Assembly (NCBI GenBank): GCA_035498015.1
Contig: DATKAO010000090.1
Span: 4,827-68,826 of the forward strand
DNA from: Myxococcota bacterium
GTDB taxonomy: Bacteria > Myxococcota_A > UBA9160 > SZUA-336
Length of the DNA: 64,000 bases
Reading direction: 5' to 3'
In this document: positions 49,042 to 58,615 of the stretch, piece by piece
Layout of the letters: each line of letters starts with the position of its first letter
Position numbering within the stretch: position 1 is the first letter of the stretch
Translations under genes and position numbers: made by a program
The notes under the pieces: model-generated
Seen by the model: only the letters and a program-made list of their open reading frames with translations
Databases searched by the model: none
Told to the model about the DNA's origin: nothing

Positions 49042-50426
49042 GACGAGCTCCGCGAGTCATATGGGCTGCTGCCGCGGTCGGCGCCTGGCTGTGCGGCTGC
49101 GCGGTCGGCCCCGACTACCAGCGCCCCGCGCTCGACGTGCCCGACGCGTACCACGAGCCCGCTGCCGCGGGCGCGCCGGCGCTCGAAGCCGAGTGGTGGA
49201 AGCTGTTCAGTGATCCCGAGCTCGTCGCGCTCGAGGAGCAGGCGCGAGTCTCGAACACCGAGGTCCAGGCCGCGATCGCCCGCATCGACGAGGCGCGTGC
49301 CACGGCGCGCATCGCCCGTGCGGATTTCTTCCCCACGCTCACGCTCGACCCGTCGTACACGGTGGGGCGAGTGTCGCTGAACCGTCAGCCGGCGCCGCGG
49401 CTGGGTCACTTCGAAGACGTCGACGTCCCCTTCGACCTCTCCTACGAGATCGACGTGTTCGGCCGGGTGCGTCGCAACTTCGAATCCGCGACCGCCAGCG
49501 CCTACGCGAGCGAGCGCGACTACGAAGCCGTGTGGCTCGCGCTCGCGGCCCAGGTCGCGGCGGAATACTTCGCCATCCGGTCACTCGACGCGCAGGCCGC
49601 CGTGCTCGAGCGCAGCCGCGACGTATTCGAGGAGCAGGTGCGCGTGGTCTCCGCGCGGCGCAAGGCGGGGCTGGTGAGCGACCTCGACGTGGCACAGGCG
49701 GAAACTCAGCTCGCCTCGACCGTCGGCCAACAGGCCGACGTGACTCGCCTGCGGGCCGAGACCGAGCACGCGCTCGCCGTGCTGGTCGGCCGGCCTGCAC
49801 CCAGCTTCGCGGTCCCCGTGCGCCCGCTCGACACGGTCGCCCCCGAAGTGCCCGCGGGCGTGCCTTCGGATCTGCTCCAGCACCGTCCCGACGTGGTCGA
49901 GGCCGAGTACCGGCTGGCCGCGGCCAACGCCGAGATCGGTGTCGCCAAGGCGCTCCTCTTCCCCCAGGTGCGACTCACCGGTGCGGCCGGATGGGAGAGC
50001 GCGAGCTTCAGCGACGTGGTGAACTGGGAGAGCCGGCTCTGGGAGATCGGCCCGAGCATCCACGTGCCGATCTTCGAAGGCGGCAGGCTGCGCGCCAACC
50101 TGTCCGCCGCCGAGGCGCGCTGGGCCGAGTCGGTGCAGCTCTACCGCGGCACCGTGCTCGGCGCCTTCCGCGACGTGGAAGACGCCCTGGCGGGCGTGCG
50201 CCTGCGCGCCGACCAGGACGCCGCCGTGCGCGACGCGGTGGAGGCTTCGGGCCGCGCGGCTGCCGTCGCGCGCGCGCAGTACGACCGGGGCATCGCCGAC
50301 TATCTCCAGGTCGCGGTCGCCGAGGCCACGCACCTGAACCTCGAGCTGCAGTCCGCGCAGATCAGCGAGCAGAGACTCGACGCGTCGCTCCAGCTCGTGA
50401 AGGCGATCGGCGGCAGCTGGCGCTAG
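49038..50426 (+). CDS. NodT/OprM family outer membrane efflux lipoprotein
   Basis: Lipobox CGC-AVGPDYQRP, YEIDVFG, RPDVVEAE and LVKAIGGSW. Confidence 0.95.
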   Translation: MRRAPRVIWAAAAVGAWLCGCAVGPDYQRPALDVPDAYHEPAAAGAPALEAEWWKLFSDPELVALEEQARVSNTEVQAAIARIDEARATARIARADFFPTLTLDPSYTVGRVSLNRQPAPRLGHFEDVDVPFDLSYEIDVFGRVRRNFESATASAYASERDYEAVWLALAAQVAAEYFAIRSLDAQAAVLERSRDVFEEQVRVVSARRKAGLVSDLDVAQAETQLASTVGQQADVTRLRAETEHALAVLVGRPAPSFAVPVRPLDTVAPEVPAGVPSDLLQHRPDVVEAEYRLAAANAEIGVAKALLFPQVRLTGAAGWESASFSDVVNWESRLWEIGPSIHVPIFEGGRLRANLSAAEARWAESVQLYRGTVLGAFRDVEDALAGVRLRADQDAAVRDAVEASGRAAAVARAQYDRGIADYLQVAVAEATHLNLELQSAQISEQRLDASLQLVKAIGGSWR

Positions 50427-50483
50427 CCGCGCGTTCCCGGCGGGGCGTACGATGTCCGCTCGGGAAGTCCCAAGGAGGCCGCC

Positions 50484-51533
50484 GTGGACACGAACAAGCT
50501 CGAGGCATTCGTCAACAAGGCACTCGGGGATCTCGGCGCGGCCTTGACCGCGTCGTTGGTGGTGATCGGCGACAAGCTCGGCCTCTACCGCGCGATGGCT
50601 GGAGCAGGTCCGATCAGCTCGGACGAGCTGGCGCGGCGCACGAACACGAACGAGCGCTCGGTGCGCGAGTGGCTCGCCGCGCAGGCTGCCGCCGGCTATG
50701 TCGACTACGACGCGAAGACCGGCCGTTACTCGCTCTCCGACGAGCACGCGGTGGCGCTGACGCAGGAAGACAGCCCGGCGTGCGTGCTGGGCGGATTCCA
50801 GGGACTCACTGCGGCGACCCGGGCGGCGCCCAAGGTGCTCGAGGCATTCCGCACCGGGAAGGGCGTCGGCTGGCACGAGCACGACCCCGATCTCTTCGCC
50901 GGTACCGAGCGCTTCTTCCGGCCGGGCTACAACGTGAACCTGGTCTCGTCCTGGATTCCCGCCTTGGACGGCGTGAAGCAGAAGCTGGAACGAGGCGGGC
51001 GCGTCGCCGACGTGGGCTGCGGCTGGGGCACCTCGACCATCCTGCTCGCGCGCGCATTCCCGCGCTCGACGTTCGTGGGCTTCGACTATCACACGCCCTC
51101 GATCGAGAAGGCGCGCGAGCGCGCGCGGGAGGCCGGCGTCTCGGACCGCGTCCGCTTCGAGGTCTCGAGCGCGAAGGCCTATCCCGGCAGCTACGACCTG
51201 GTCGCGTTCTTCGACTGTCTGCACGACATGGGCGATCCGGTCGGGGCCGCCGCACACGTGCGCGAGTCACTGGGCGCCGACGGAACGTGGATGCTGGTCG
51301 AGCCACGCGCGGGCGACCACGTGCACGAGAACCTGCATCCGCTGGGCCGCCTGTTCTACTCGGTGTCGACGCTGGTGTGCACCCAGGCGTCGCTGGCGCA
51401 GGAGGTGGGCGCGGCGCTCGGGGCGCAAGCCGGCGAGAAACGGCTGCGCGAGGTGCTGACGCAGGCGGGATTCACCCGGATTCGCAGAGCGACGGAGACC
51501 CCGTTCAATCTGGTGCTCGAAGCCAGACCCTGA
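50484..51533 (+). CDS. Class I SAM-dependent methyltransferase with N-terminal HTH (Rv2258c-like)
   Basis: ERSVREWLAAQAAAGY, ADVGCGWG and FFDCLHDMGDP. Confidence 0.9.
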   Translation: MDTNKLEAFVNKALGDLGAALTASLVVIGDKLGLYRAMAGAGPISSDELARRTNTNERSVREWLAAQAAAGYVDYDAKTGRYSLSDEHAVALTQEDSPACVLGGFQGLTAATRAAPKVLEAFRTGKGVGWHEHDPDLFAGTERFFRPGYNVNLVSSWIPALDGVKQKLERGGRVADVGCGWGTSTILLARAFPRSTFVGFDYHTPSIEKARERAREAGVSDRVRFEVSSAKAYPGSYDLVAFFDCLHDMGDPVGAAAHVRESLGADGTWMLVEPRAGDHVHENLHPLGRLFYSVSTLVCTQASLAQEVGAALGAQAGEKRLREVLTQAGFTRIRRATETPFNLVLEARP

Positions 51534-51534
51534 G

Positions 51535-52689
51535 TCACGCGGCGCCCGCACCCGAGCGCCCCTTCCAGGTGGCGCCCTCGTTGCGCCAGTGTCTCTGCGC
51601 CGAGTCGAAGGTCATGGCGGCGTAGAGCACGCCTGCCGCGGGCAGCGCGAGCGCGAGCCAGGGCGAGCGCTTGTACAGCGCGAGCGTGGGCACGAACGAT
51701 GCCGCCTGCAGCATCCAGGCCGCGGCGCCGAACATCGCCGCTGCCGAGCCACCCGCGAACAGCCCGCCGAGCACCGCGAGCACCGGCACGAGATACAGGA
51801 GCAGAAGCCCCGCGAGCGTACCGGCGAGCAGCGCGCGTGAGTGCTGGAGCTGCGTGTAGGCGCTGCGCGCGACCATGTTCCACACGTCGTCGAGCCCGGA
51901 GTACGGGCGCACGGACTCCTCGCGCTCGGCCAGACCGAGCCAGATGCGTCCGCCGCGCTTGATCGCGCGACCGAGGGCGCAATCGTCGATCACCTCGCCG
52001 CGCAGCGCCTCGATCCCGCCCACGCGCGCCAGCGCGCCGCTGCGCACCAGCACCGAGCCACCCGCCGCCGCGGCCACCGGCGAGCGCGGATCGTTCACCG
52101 CCGGGAACGGGTAGAGCTGCTGGAAGAAGTACACGAACGCGGGCACGAGCAGTGCGTTCCAGCCGTGCGCGCGGTCGAGTTTCACCATCAGCGACACCAG
52201 GTCCAGTGACTCGGCCTCGCCCTTGGCGACCAGACGCGCGAGTGAGTCGGGCGCGTGCGCCACGTCGGCGTCGGTGAGCCACCACCAGGGGGGCACGCCT
52301 TCCTTCTCGCCGGCAGTCACCCCGGAGTGCAGCGCCCACATCTTGCCCACCCAGCCCGCGGGGCGCGCCTCGGTGCGCACCACCTCGAGCCGCGCGCCGT
52401 TCGGGCGCGCCCGGGCCACGTCGTGCGCGACGCTCGCGGTGCCGTCCGTGCTCTCGTCGTCGACCAGCACCACGCGAAACCGCCCCGGGTATTCCTGGTC
52501 CAGGAGCGAGCCCAGGCTCTGCGGTAGCACGTCGACCTCGTTCCGGGCCGGGACCACGGCCACCACGTCCGGCCAGGCCTCGGGAGCGTATTCCCGGTCG
52601 AGGCGCTGATCGCACAGCCAGAAGCCCTGGCGGGCGAACACCAGGTAGATCCAGGCCGCCGCCGAGATCAGCGCCGCAAGAGTGAACAT
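51535..52689 (-). CDS. hpnB: Hopanoid-associated GT2 glycosyltransferase HpnB-like
   Basis: VVAVVPARNE, VDDESTDGT, WVGKMWA, LTDAD, LVSLMV, VIDDCALG and WNMVARSAYTQL. Confidence 0.75.
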   Translation of the reverse strand: MFTLAALISAAAWIYLVFARQGFWLCDQRLDREYAPEAWPDVVAVVPARNEVDVLPQSLGSLLDQEYPGRFRVVLVDDESTDGTASVAHDVARARPNGARLEVVRTEARPAGWVGKMWALHSGVTAGEKEGVPPWWWLTDADVAHAPDSLARLVAKGEAESLDLVSLMVKLDRAHGWNALLVPAFVYFFQQLYPFPAVNDPRSPVAAAAGGSVLVRSGALARVGGIEALRGEVIDDCALGRAIKRGGRIWLGLAEREESVRPYSGLDDVWNMVARSAYTQLQHSRALLAGTLAGLLLLYLVPVLAVLGGLFAGGSAAAMFGAAAWMLQAASFVPTLALYKRSPWLALALPAAGVLYAAMTFDSAQRHWRNEGATWKGRSGAGAA

Positions 52690-52731
52690 GTTCTAAATCC
52701 TAGCGGTACAATCCGCGTCCACGGAGGATCC

Positions 52732-53856
52732 ATGCGTACCGAGCTCTGCGACCGACTGGGCATCGAGTTTCCCATCTTCGCCTTCAGCCACTGCCGCGAC
52801 GTGGTGGCCGCAGTCTCGCAGGCCGGCGGCTTCGGCGTGCTGGGCGCGGTGGGCTTCACGCCCGAGCAGCTCGAGGTCGAGTGCCGCTGGATCGACGAGC
52901 ACGTGGGCAGCAAGCCGTACGGCGTCGATCTCGTGATCCCCCAGAAATACGAGGGCATGGGCGAGATCGATCCAGCGAAGCTCGAAGACATGCTGCGGGC
53001 GCAGATCCCGCTCGTGCACCGCGAGTTCGCGGCCAAGCTACTGGCCGACCACGGCGTGCCCGAGCTGCCGCCCGAGAACCGCGCGCGCGAGCTCCTGGGC
53101 TGGACCGAGGCGACGGCCGCGCCGCAGATCGAGGTCGCGCTGAAGCACGAGCGCGTGCGCCTGATCGCGAATGCGCTGGGCACGCCGCCCAAGGAAGTCA
53201 TCCTGCAGGTGCAGGGCACGGGGCGGCTGGTGGCGGCGCTGTGCGGCCGGGTGCACCAGGCGCGCCGCCACCGCGAAGCGGGCGTCGACATCGTGATCGC
53301 GCAGGGCACCGAGGGCGGCGGTCACACCGGCGAGATCGGCAGCCTCGTGCTCTGGCCGCAGGTGATCGAGGCGGTGTCTCCCACGCCGGTGCTGGCGGCG
53401 GGCGGGATCGGCACCGGCGCGCAGATCGCCGCCGCGCTGGCGCTGGGCGCCCAGGGCGTGTGGACCGGGTCGCTGTGGCTCACGGTCGAGGAGGCCGAAG
53501 CCGAGCCGGCGCAGATCGACTCACTCCTGCGCGCGTCGAGCGAGGACACGGTCCGCTCGCGCTCGTTCACCGGCAAGCCTTGCCGCATGCTGCGCAACGA
53601 GTGGACCGAAGCCTGGGAGAAGCCCGAGTCACCCAAGCCCCTGGGCATGCCGCTGCAGGGGATGGTCACCATGGACGCGATCGCGCGCACCTCGCGCTAC
53701 GCGGGCGCCGGACAGACCCAGCGCGTGGCGTTCAACCCCGTCGGTCAGACCGTGGGGCTGATGCGCGAGGTGCGCTCCTGTCGCGAGGTGATCTACGACC
53801 TCGTCGAGGGCTACTTCACCGCGAGCGAGAGACTCGCGGCGCTGCAGCCCCGCTGA
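52732..53856 (+). CDS. Nitronate monooxygenase family (FMN TIM barrel)
   Basis: AGGFGVLG, QGTEGGGHTGE, VLAAGGIGTG and GAQGVWTGS. Confidence 0.9.
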   Translation: MRTELCDRLGIEFPIFAFSHCRDVVAAVSQAGGFGVLGAVGFTPEQLEVECRWIDEHVGSKPYGVDLVIPQKYEGMGEIDPAKLEDMLRAQIPLVHREFAAKLLADHGVPELPPENRARELLGWTEATAAPQIEVALKHERVRLIANALGTPPKEVILQVQGTGRLVAALCGRVHQARRHREAGVDIVIAQGTEGGGHTGEIGSLVLWPQVIEAVSPTPVLAAGGIGTGAQIAAALALGAQGVWTGSLWLTVEEAEAEPAQIDSLLRASSEDTVRSRSFTGKPCRMLRNEWTEAWEKPESPKPLGMPLQGMVTMDAIARTSRYAGAGQTQRVAFNPVGQTVGLMREVRSCREVIYDLVEGYFTASERLAALQPR

Positions 53857-53866
53857 GCGCCCACGC

Positions 53867-54124
53867 TCATTTCTTCTTCAGCTCGATGTCGGTCGCGGTC
53901 ATCTTGTAGTGGATCGTGACCTTGTCGCCGGGCTTCACCGCCGGGCCCTTGGTCGCAGAGTCCTTGGCGAGCGTCCAGTCGTCCTTCCCCTTCTTGACGA
54001 CGATCGAGTCGTCGGTCACCGAGACCACGGGGCCGGTGACCTGGTAGGTCTTCATGTCGGCCGCGTGCACGGCCGAAGCCGCCAGGACCGCACTCGCCAG
54101 GATGCCCACCACGATTCGCTTCAT
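53867..54124 (-). CDS. Small exported OB-fold-like protein
   Basis: Signal peptide; TYQVTGPVVSV...VKPGDKVTIHY; RBS GGAGGAG. Confidence 0.75.
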   Translation of the reverse strand: MKRIVVGILASAVLAASAVHAADMKTYQVTGPVVSVTDDSIVVKKGKDDWTLAKDSATKGPAVKPGDKVTIHYKMTATDIELKKK

Positions 54125-54147
54125 GCCTCTCTCCTCCGTTCCTATGG

Positions 54148-54214
54148 ACGGCGTGGGCACCCTACCCACGCCTTCGTCCCGATGAACGGCGTGGGCACCC
54201 TACCCACGCCTTCG
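54148..54214. repeat. Two tandem copies of a 29-bp palindromic unit (REP-like)
   Basis: ACGGCGTGGGCACCCTACCCACGCCTTCG at 54148-54176 and 54186-54214; each has a GGCGTGGG/CCCACGCC stem. Confidence 0.85.
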
Positions 54215-54247
54215 GACGATGCTACTCCCGCCGCGTAGACTCATGTC

Positions 54248-55216
54248 ATGAAGGCGATCGTCGTCTCGAAGACCGGTGGGCCCGAGGTGCTGGAGCTGCG
54301 CGATCAGGATCTGGGGCCGCCGGGCCCCGGCCACGCCCGGGTGCGCGTGCGCGCGGCCGGCGTGAACTACATCGACGTGTATTTCCGCACGGGGCTGTAC
54401 CCGCGGCCGCTGCCGTTCGTGTCGGGGCTCGAGGGCGCAGGCACGGTCGAATCAGTCGGGCCGGGAGTCAGCGGCATCGCCGCGGGCGACCGCGTGGCCT
54501 GGGCCTCTGCGCCGGGCTCCTACGCCGAGCTGGTGAACGCGCCCGCAGATCGGCTGGTGCGGGTGCCGGCCGGGATCGCCGACGACGTGGCGGCCGCAGC
54601 CATGCTGCAGGGCATGACCGCGCACTATCTGTGCCGCTCGACTTTCCCGGTGAAGAAGGGCGACACGGCGCTCGTGCACGCGGCCGCCGGCGGCGTGGGG
54701 CTCTTGCTCGTGCAGATGATCCACTCACTCGGCGCCCAGGTGATCGCGACCTGCTCCACGCCCGACAAGGAGAAGCTCGCGCGCGAGGCCGGCGCCGACC
54801 ACGTGATCCGCTACACCGAGGCCGACTTCACGGCGATCGCGCGGCGCATCACCAGCGGGCGAGGGGTCGACGTGGTCTACGACGCGGTCGGCCGCACCAC
54901 CTTCGAGGGCAGCCTGCGCGCGCTGCGGCCGCGCGGCATGCTGGTGCTGTACGGTCAGTCGAGCGGGCCCGTGCCCGCATTCGAGCTGCGCCAGCTCAAC
55001 GACCTGGGCTCACTCTTCATCACGCGGCCGTCGCTCGCGCACTATACGGCCGACCGGTCCGAGCTCGAGCTGCGCGCCGGCGAGGTGTTGGGCGCGGTGG
55101 CGGCGGGCGAGCTCGACGTGCGCATCGGCGCGCGCTTCCCGCTCGCCGACGCCGCTGCCGCGCACCGCGCGCTCGAGGGGCGCGCGACCACCGGCAAGGT
55201 GATCCTCACGCCGTGA
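54248..55216 (+). CDS. qor: NADPH:quinone oxidoreductase (zeta-crystallin family)
   Basis: GVNYIDVYFRTG, QGMTAHYL, HAAAGGVG and YGQSSG. Confidence 0.9.
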   Translation: MKAIVVSKTGGPEVLELRDQDLGPPGPGHARVRVRAAGVNYIDVYFRTGLYPRPLPFVSGLEGAGTVESVGPGVSGIAAGDRVAWASAPGSYAELVNAPADRLVRVPAGIADDVAAAAMLQGMTAHYLCRSTFPVKKGDTALVHAAAGGVGLLLVQMIHSLGAQVIATCSTPDKEKLAREAGADHVIRYTEADFTAIARRITSGRGVDVVYDAVGRTTFEGSLRALRPRGMLVLYGQSSGPVPAFELRQLNDLGSLFITRPSLAHYTADRSELELRAGEVLGAVAAGELDVRIGARFPLADAAAAHRALEGRATTGKVILTP

Positions 55217-55662
55217 AGTCACTCCTGCTCGGGCTCGCGCTGCTCGGCCTGGCGGTCGACGCGCGCGTCCCGCCGCTCGAGCTGCCCGACCAGAACGGGG
55301 TGGTCCACCCGCTCGATGGCTCGCTGCGCGCGATCGTCTTCTCGCGCGACATGGCTGCTGGCCAGGTGGTCAAGGACGCGATCGCGAAGGCCGGCCCCAC
55401 GCTCTTCGAGCGAAACCGATCGGTGTACGTGGTCGACCTCGCGGGCATGTCGTCGTTCGTGCGCCGCTGGTTCGCGCTGCCCGGCCTGCGCCGCAAGCCG
55501 TACCGGATCCTGGTCGACGAGGACGGAACGCGCACCGCGGACTTCCCGGTGGTCGAGGGCCGGCCCACGGTGCTCGTGCTCGACGACCTGCGTGTATCGC
55601 GCGTGGAAGAGCCCGCGAGCGCCGACGCGCTGCTCGCCATTCTCGAGCCCGCGCCGCGCTAG
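55213..55662 (+). CDS. Hypothetical exported thioredoxin-fold-like protein
   Basis: Signal peptide; LELPDQNG, YVVDLAGM and ILVDEDG; GTG overlaps the upstream TGA. Confidence 0.6.
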   Translation: MKSLLLGLALLGLAVDARVPPLELPDQNGVVHPLDGSLRAIVFSRDMAAGQVVKDAIAKAGPTLFERNRSVYVVDLAGMSSFVRRWFALPGLRRKPYRILVDEDGTRTADFPVVEGRPTVLVLDDLRVSRVEEPASADALLAILEPAPR

Positions 55663-55687
55663 AATCGCGTTCACGGGAGGGCACGGC

Positions 55688-57412
55688 TTGGCGGACCTCG
55701 ATCTGGTGATCTCCGGTGGCACGGTCGTCGACGGCACGCGCTTCCCCGCGTTCCGCGCCGACGTCGGCATGCGCGCGGGACGGATCGCCGAGATCGGGCG
55801 CATCGCGAAGTCGCGCGCCAAGCGCGTGCTCGACGCGGATGGGCTGATCGTCGCGCCGGGCTTCGTCGACCTGCACACCCACTACGACGCGCAGATCCAG
55901 TGGGACCCGTGGTGCACGATCTCGGGCTGGCACGGAGTCACTTCGGTTGCGCTCGGGAACTGCGGCTTCGGCTTCGCGCCGGTGCGCGCGGCCGAGCGCG
56001 AGCGCGCCATGCTCACCATGTCGCGGCTCGAGGCCATCCCCATGGTCTCCATGCGCGAGGGCATGCTGTGGGACTGGGAGACGTTCCCGCAGTGGCTGAA
56101 CACGCTCGAACGCATCCCGAAGGGCGTGAACTGTCTCAGCTACCTGCCGCTCGCGCCGCTCATGGTCTACGCCATGGGTCTCGACGAGGCCAAGCGCCGC
56201 CCGGCCACGCCGGACGAGATGGCGCGCATGCTCGCGCTGCTCGACGAGTCACTCGACGCCGGGGCGTGCGGCTGGTCGGCGCAGCGCACGGGCGCGCACT
56301 CGATCCAGGCCGACTACGACGGCACGCCCATGGTGACCGACACCATGAGCGAGTCCGACTTGCTGGCGTTCGCGAGCGCCCTGGGCAAGCGCGGAGAGGG
56401 CTTCATCCAGCTCACCAACGCCACCGGCGAGCTGCAGAAGGACCTGAAGCTGTGCGAGGACGTCGCGCTCGCGTCGGGCCGCCCCGTGCTGTTCAACGTG
56501 GTGCTCGCGGTCAACGGCATGGAATGGGTGCACAAGATGTTCGTGGCGTGGCTCGAGAGCTGTCACGCGCGCGGCATCCCGATGTTCGGCCAGGCCAACT
56601 CGATCCGCGCCCCGTTCCGCTTCACCTTCGAGGACTGGAACCTGTTCGACTCCGGGCCCGCCTGGAACCGCGCACTCACCGGCAGTCACGACGAGAAGAA
56701 GCGGAAGCTCGCCGACCCGGAGCTCGTGCGGCAGATGGCGGCCGAGCACGACGGCGGCCAGCTCCAGACGCCGATCCTGGGCGGGCCCGTGTCGGAGCAC
56801 GTGTTCGAGGGCGCGAAGAACGCGCCGGAGCTCGACGCGTACATCGGGCTCACGGTCGGCCAGATCGCGGCGAAGCTGGGAGTGCACCCGGTCGAGGCCG
56901 CGGTGCAGCTCTCGCTGGCGAGTGACCTGACGGCGGGCTTCCTCACCAAGAGCGCCACCAGCGACAACGCGCAATACGTGGGCGAGCTGCTCGCGTCACC
57001 CTACGTGATTCCCGGCGTGTCCGACGGCGGTGCGCACACCAAGTTCCTGACCTCGGGCTCGTACACGACCGATACCCTGGCGTGGCTGGTGCGCGACGAG
57101 AAGCGGCTCACGCTGGAAGAAGCGCACTACAAGCTCTCCTATCTCCCGGCGCGCGCGGCCGGCTTCCGCGACCGGGGCGCGCTCGCCGTGGGCTGGCCCG
57201 CCGACGTGGTGGTGTACGACCTGGCCCGGCTCGAGCGGCTGCCGAGCTGGTGGGACTCGGAGATCGCGCACGACTTCCCCGGCGGCGAATGGCGCCGCAT
57301 CCAGCGCGCCGCGGGCTATCACTACACGCTGGTGAACGGCGAAGTCACCTTCGAGGACGGGAAGTGCACGGGTGCGACGCCGGGGCGGCTCTTGCGCCAC
57401 GGCGCCGCCTGA
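55688..57412 (+). CDS. N-acyl-D-amino-acid deacylase-like amidohydrolase
   Basis: VISGGTVVDGT, APGFVDLHTHYD, LGNCG, SDGGAH and ADVVVYD; TTG start. Confidence 0.9.
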   Translation: MADLDLVISGGTVVDGTRFPAFRADVGMRAGRIAEIGRIAKSRAKRVLDADGLIVAPGFVDLHTHYDAQIQWDPWCTISGWHGVTSVALGNCGFGFAPVRAAERERAMLTMSRLEAIPMVSMREGMLWDWETFPQWLNTLERIPKGVNCLSYLPLAPLMVYAMGLDEAKRRPATPDEMARMLALLDESLDAGACGWSAQRTGAHSIQADYDGTPMVTDTMSESDLLAFASALGKRGEGFIQLTNATGELQKDLKLCEDVALASGRPVLFNVVLAVNGMEWVHKMFVAWLESCHARGIPMFGQANSIRAPFRFTFEDWNLFDSGPAWNRALTGSHDEKKRKLADPELVRQMAAEHDGGQLQTPILGGPVSEHVFEGAKNAPELDAYIGLTVGQIAAKLGVHPVEAAVQLSLASDLTAGFLTKSATSDNAQYVGELLASPYVIPGVSDGGAHTKFLTSGSYTTDTLAWLVRDEKRLTLEEAHYKLSYLPARAAGFRDRGALAVGWPADVVVYDLARLERLPSWWDSEIAHDFPGGEWRRIQRAAGYHYTLVNGEVTFEDGKCTGATPGRLLRHGAA

Positions 57413-57413
57413 G

Positions 57414-57899
57414 TCATTTCCGCGCCGTCCGCCAGGCGAGATACTCGTCGATCGAGCGCCGCACGGCGGCGATCAGACGGGCGGTGCGAGGGTCCGTGCT
57501 CTCGAAGCGCGCGATGACCGCGTCCGAGAGGTAGCGCTCCCGATACTCGGCCGGGTCGAGCCAGCGCGCGGCGCTGTGCTCGTGCGAGAGCTTCGGCTCG
57601 CCCTCGAGACACGGGCAGGCGTAGGCGATCACGAAGCCCTGCACGCCGTAGAAGGCCATCGGGATCAGCCCCACCAGCTCGAGCGGTCCCGACGGAGTGA
57701 GTCCGGTCTCCTCGAAGAGCTCGCGCCGCGCGCACTCGGCGGGCTCCTCCCCGGGATCGAGCCCGCCGCCAGGCGTGTACCAGGTGCCGGTCGCCTCGCC
57801 GGTCGCGCGCTTGAGCAAGAGGATCTTCCCGCCGCGCTCCGCGTAGACGGACGTGCCCAGGCCGTAGAGCTGCGCACGGCGCGCCTGGGGCACGCTCAA
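57414..57899 (-). CDS. NUDIX hydrolase
   Basis: PGGGLDPGEEPAECARRELFEETG Nudix box. Confidence 0.9.
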   Translation of the reverse strand: MSVPQARRAQLYGLGTSVYAERGGKILLLKRATGEATGTWYTPGGGLDPGEEPAECARRELFEETGLTPSGPLELVGLIPMAFYGVQGFVIAYACPCLEGEPKLSHEHSAARWLDPAEYRERYLSDAVIARFESTDPRTARLIAAVRRSIDEYLAWRTARK

Positions 57900-58615
57900 G
57901 GCTCCTGCTCCCGCTCGGCCACGTGCTGGACCGCCTCGTCGACCTCGGGGCGGAAGCTCGCGAGCTGCGAGGCGTACTCGCCCTGCGGGTAGCTCGCGAG
58001 ATACTCGTCGATCGCCACGCGCGCTCCCGCTGCGTCGCGCTGGGCCACGCGCAGATACACGGTCTCCACGAACGCAATCTCGACGACCGCGGGCTGCGGC
58101 GCATGGCGCAGGACGTCGAGGCTGGCCTCGGTGCGGGCGAGCCGGGCCGGCGTCGCCTTCACGCTCAGGTAGAGCAGGGCGAGAGAGCCGTTGCACGGCA
58201 CCGAGGTCGGAAACTGCGCGACGCAGGCGGACAGATTGTCGTCCGCGAGCTCCGCTGCCCCGTACAGCCCGAGCTTGTGACCGAGCCGATAGAGCTCCCC
58301 GAGGACCCACATGCGGACCATGAAGCCGTCCGCGGGCCGGGCGACGACGCGCGCGTCGAGCAGCAGCTCGCGCCAGTCTCGGTAGATCGCCTCGCGCTCC
58401 TCGCCGCTCGCGAGCTGCGCGTTGTGGGCCGCGATGCGGTCGGTCATGACTCCGGTGTCGTGTACGAGCTGCTCGAGGTTGCGTTTCGGAACCCAGCCCG
58501 GCACGTCCTGGGGCAGGGCGTTCGTGCTGTAGTAGCCCGTGTCCTTCCCGGGTCCGCGCGTGCAGCCCATGGCCAGGAGCAGCGCGCACAGGACGCACGC
58601 CCCGCGCACGCTCAC
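57896..58615 (-). CDS. Hypothetical helical (TPR-like) lipoprotein
   Basis: LAMG-C lipobox; helical pattern ending in YLASYPQG. Confidence 0.6.
   Translation of the reverse strand: MSVRGACVLCALLLAMGCTRGPGKDTGYYSTNALPQDVPGWVPKRNLEQLVHDTGVMTDRIAAHNAQLASGEEREAIYRDWRELLLDARVVARPADGFMVRMWVLGELYRLGHKLGLYGAAELADDNLSACVAQFPTSVPCNGSLALLYLSVKATPARLARTEASLDVLRHAPQPAVVEIAFVETVYLRVAQRDAAGARVAIDEYLASYPQGEYASQLASFRPEVDEAVQHVAEREQEP

Noticed and set aside
44687-50426. RND operon in permease-MFP-OMF order
   Set aside because: A known arrangement; ordinary efflux system.
54148-54214. Possible mini-CRISPR
   Set aside because: Only two repeats, a 9-nt spacer and no cas genes; kept as a REP-like repeat.
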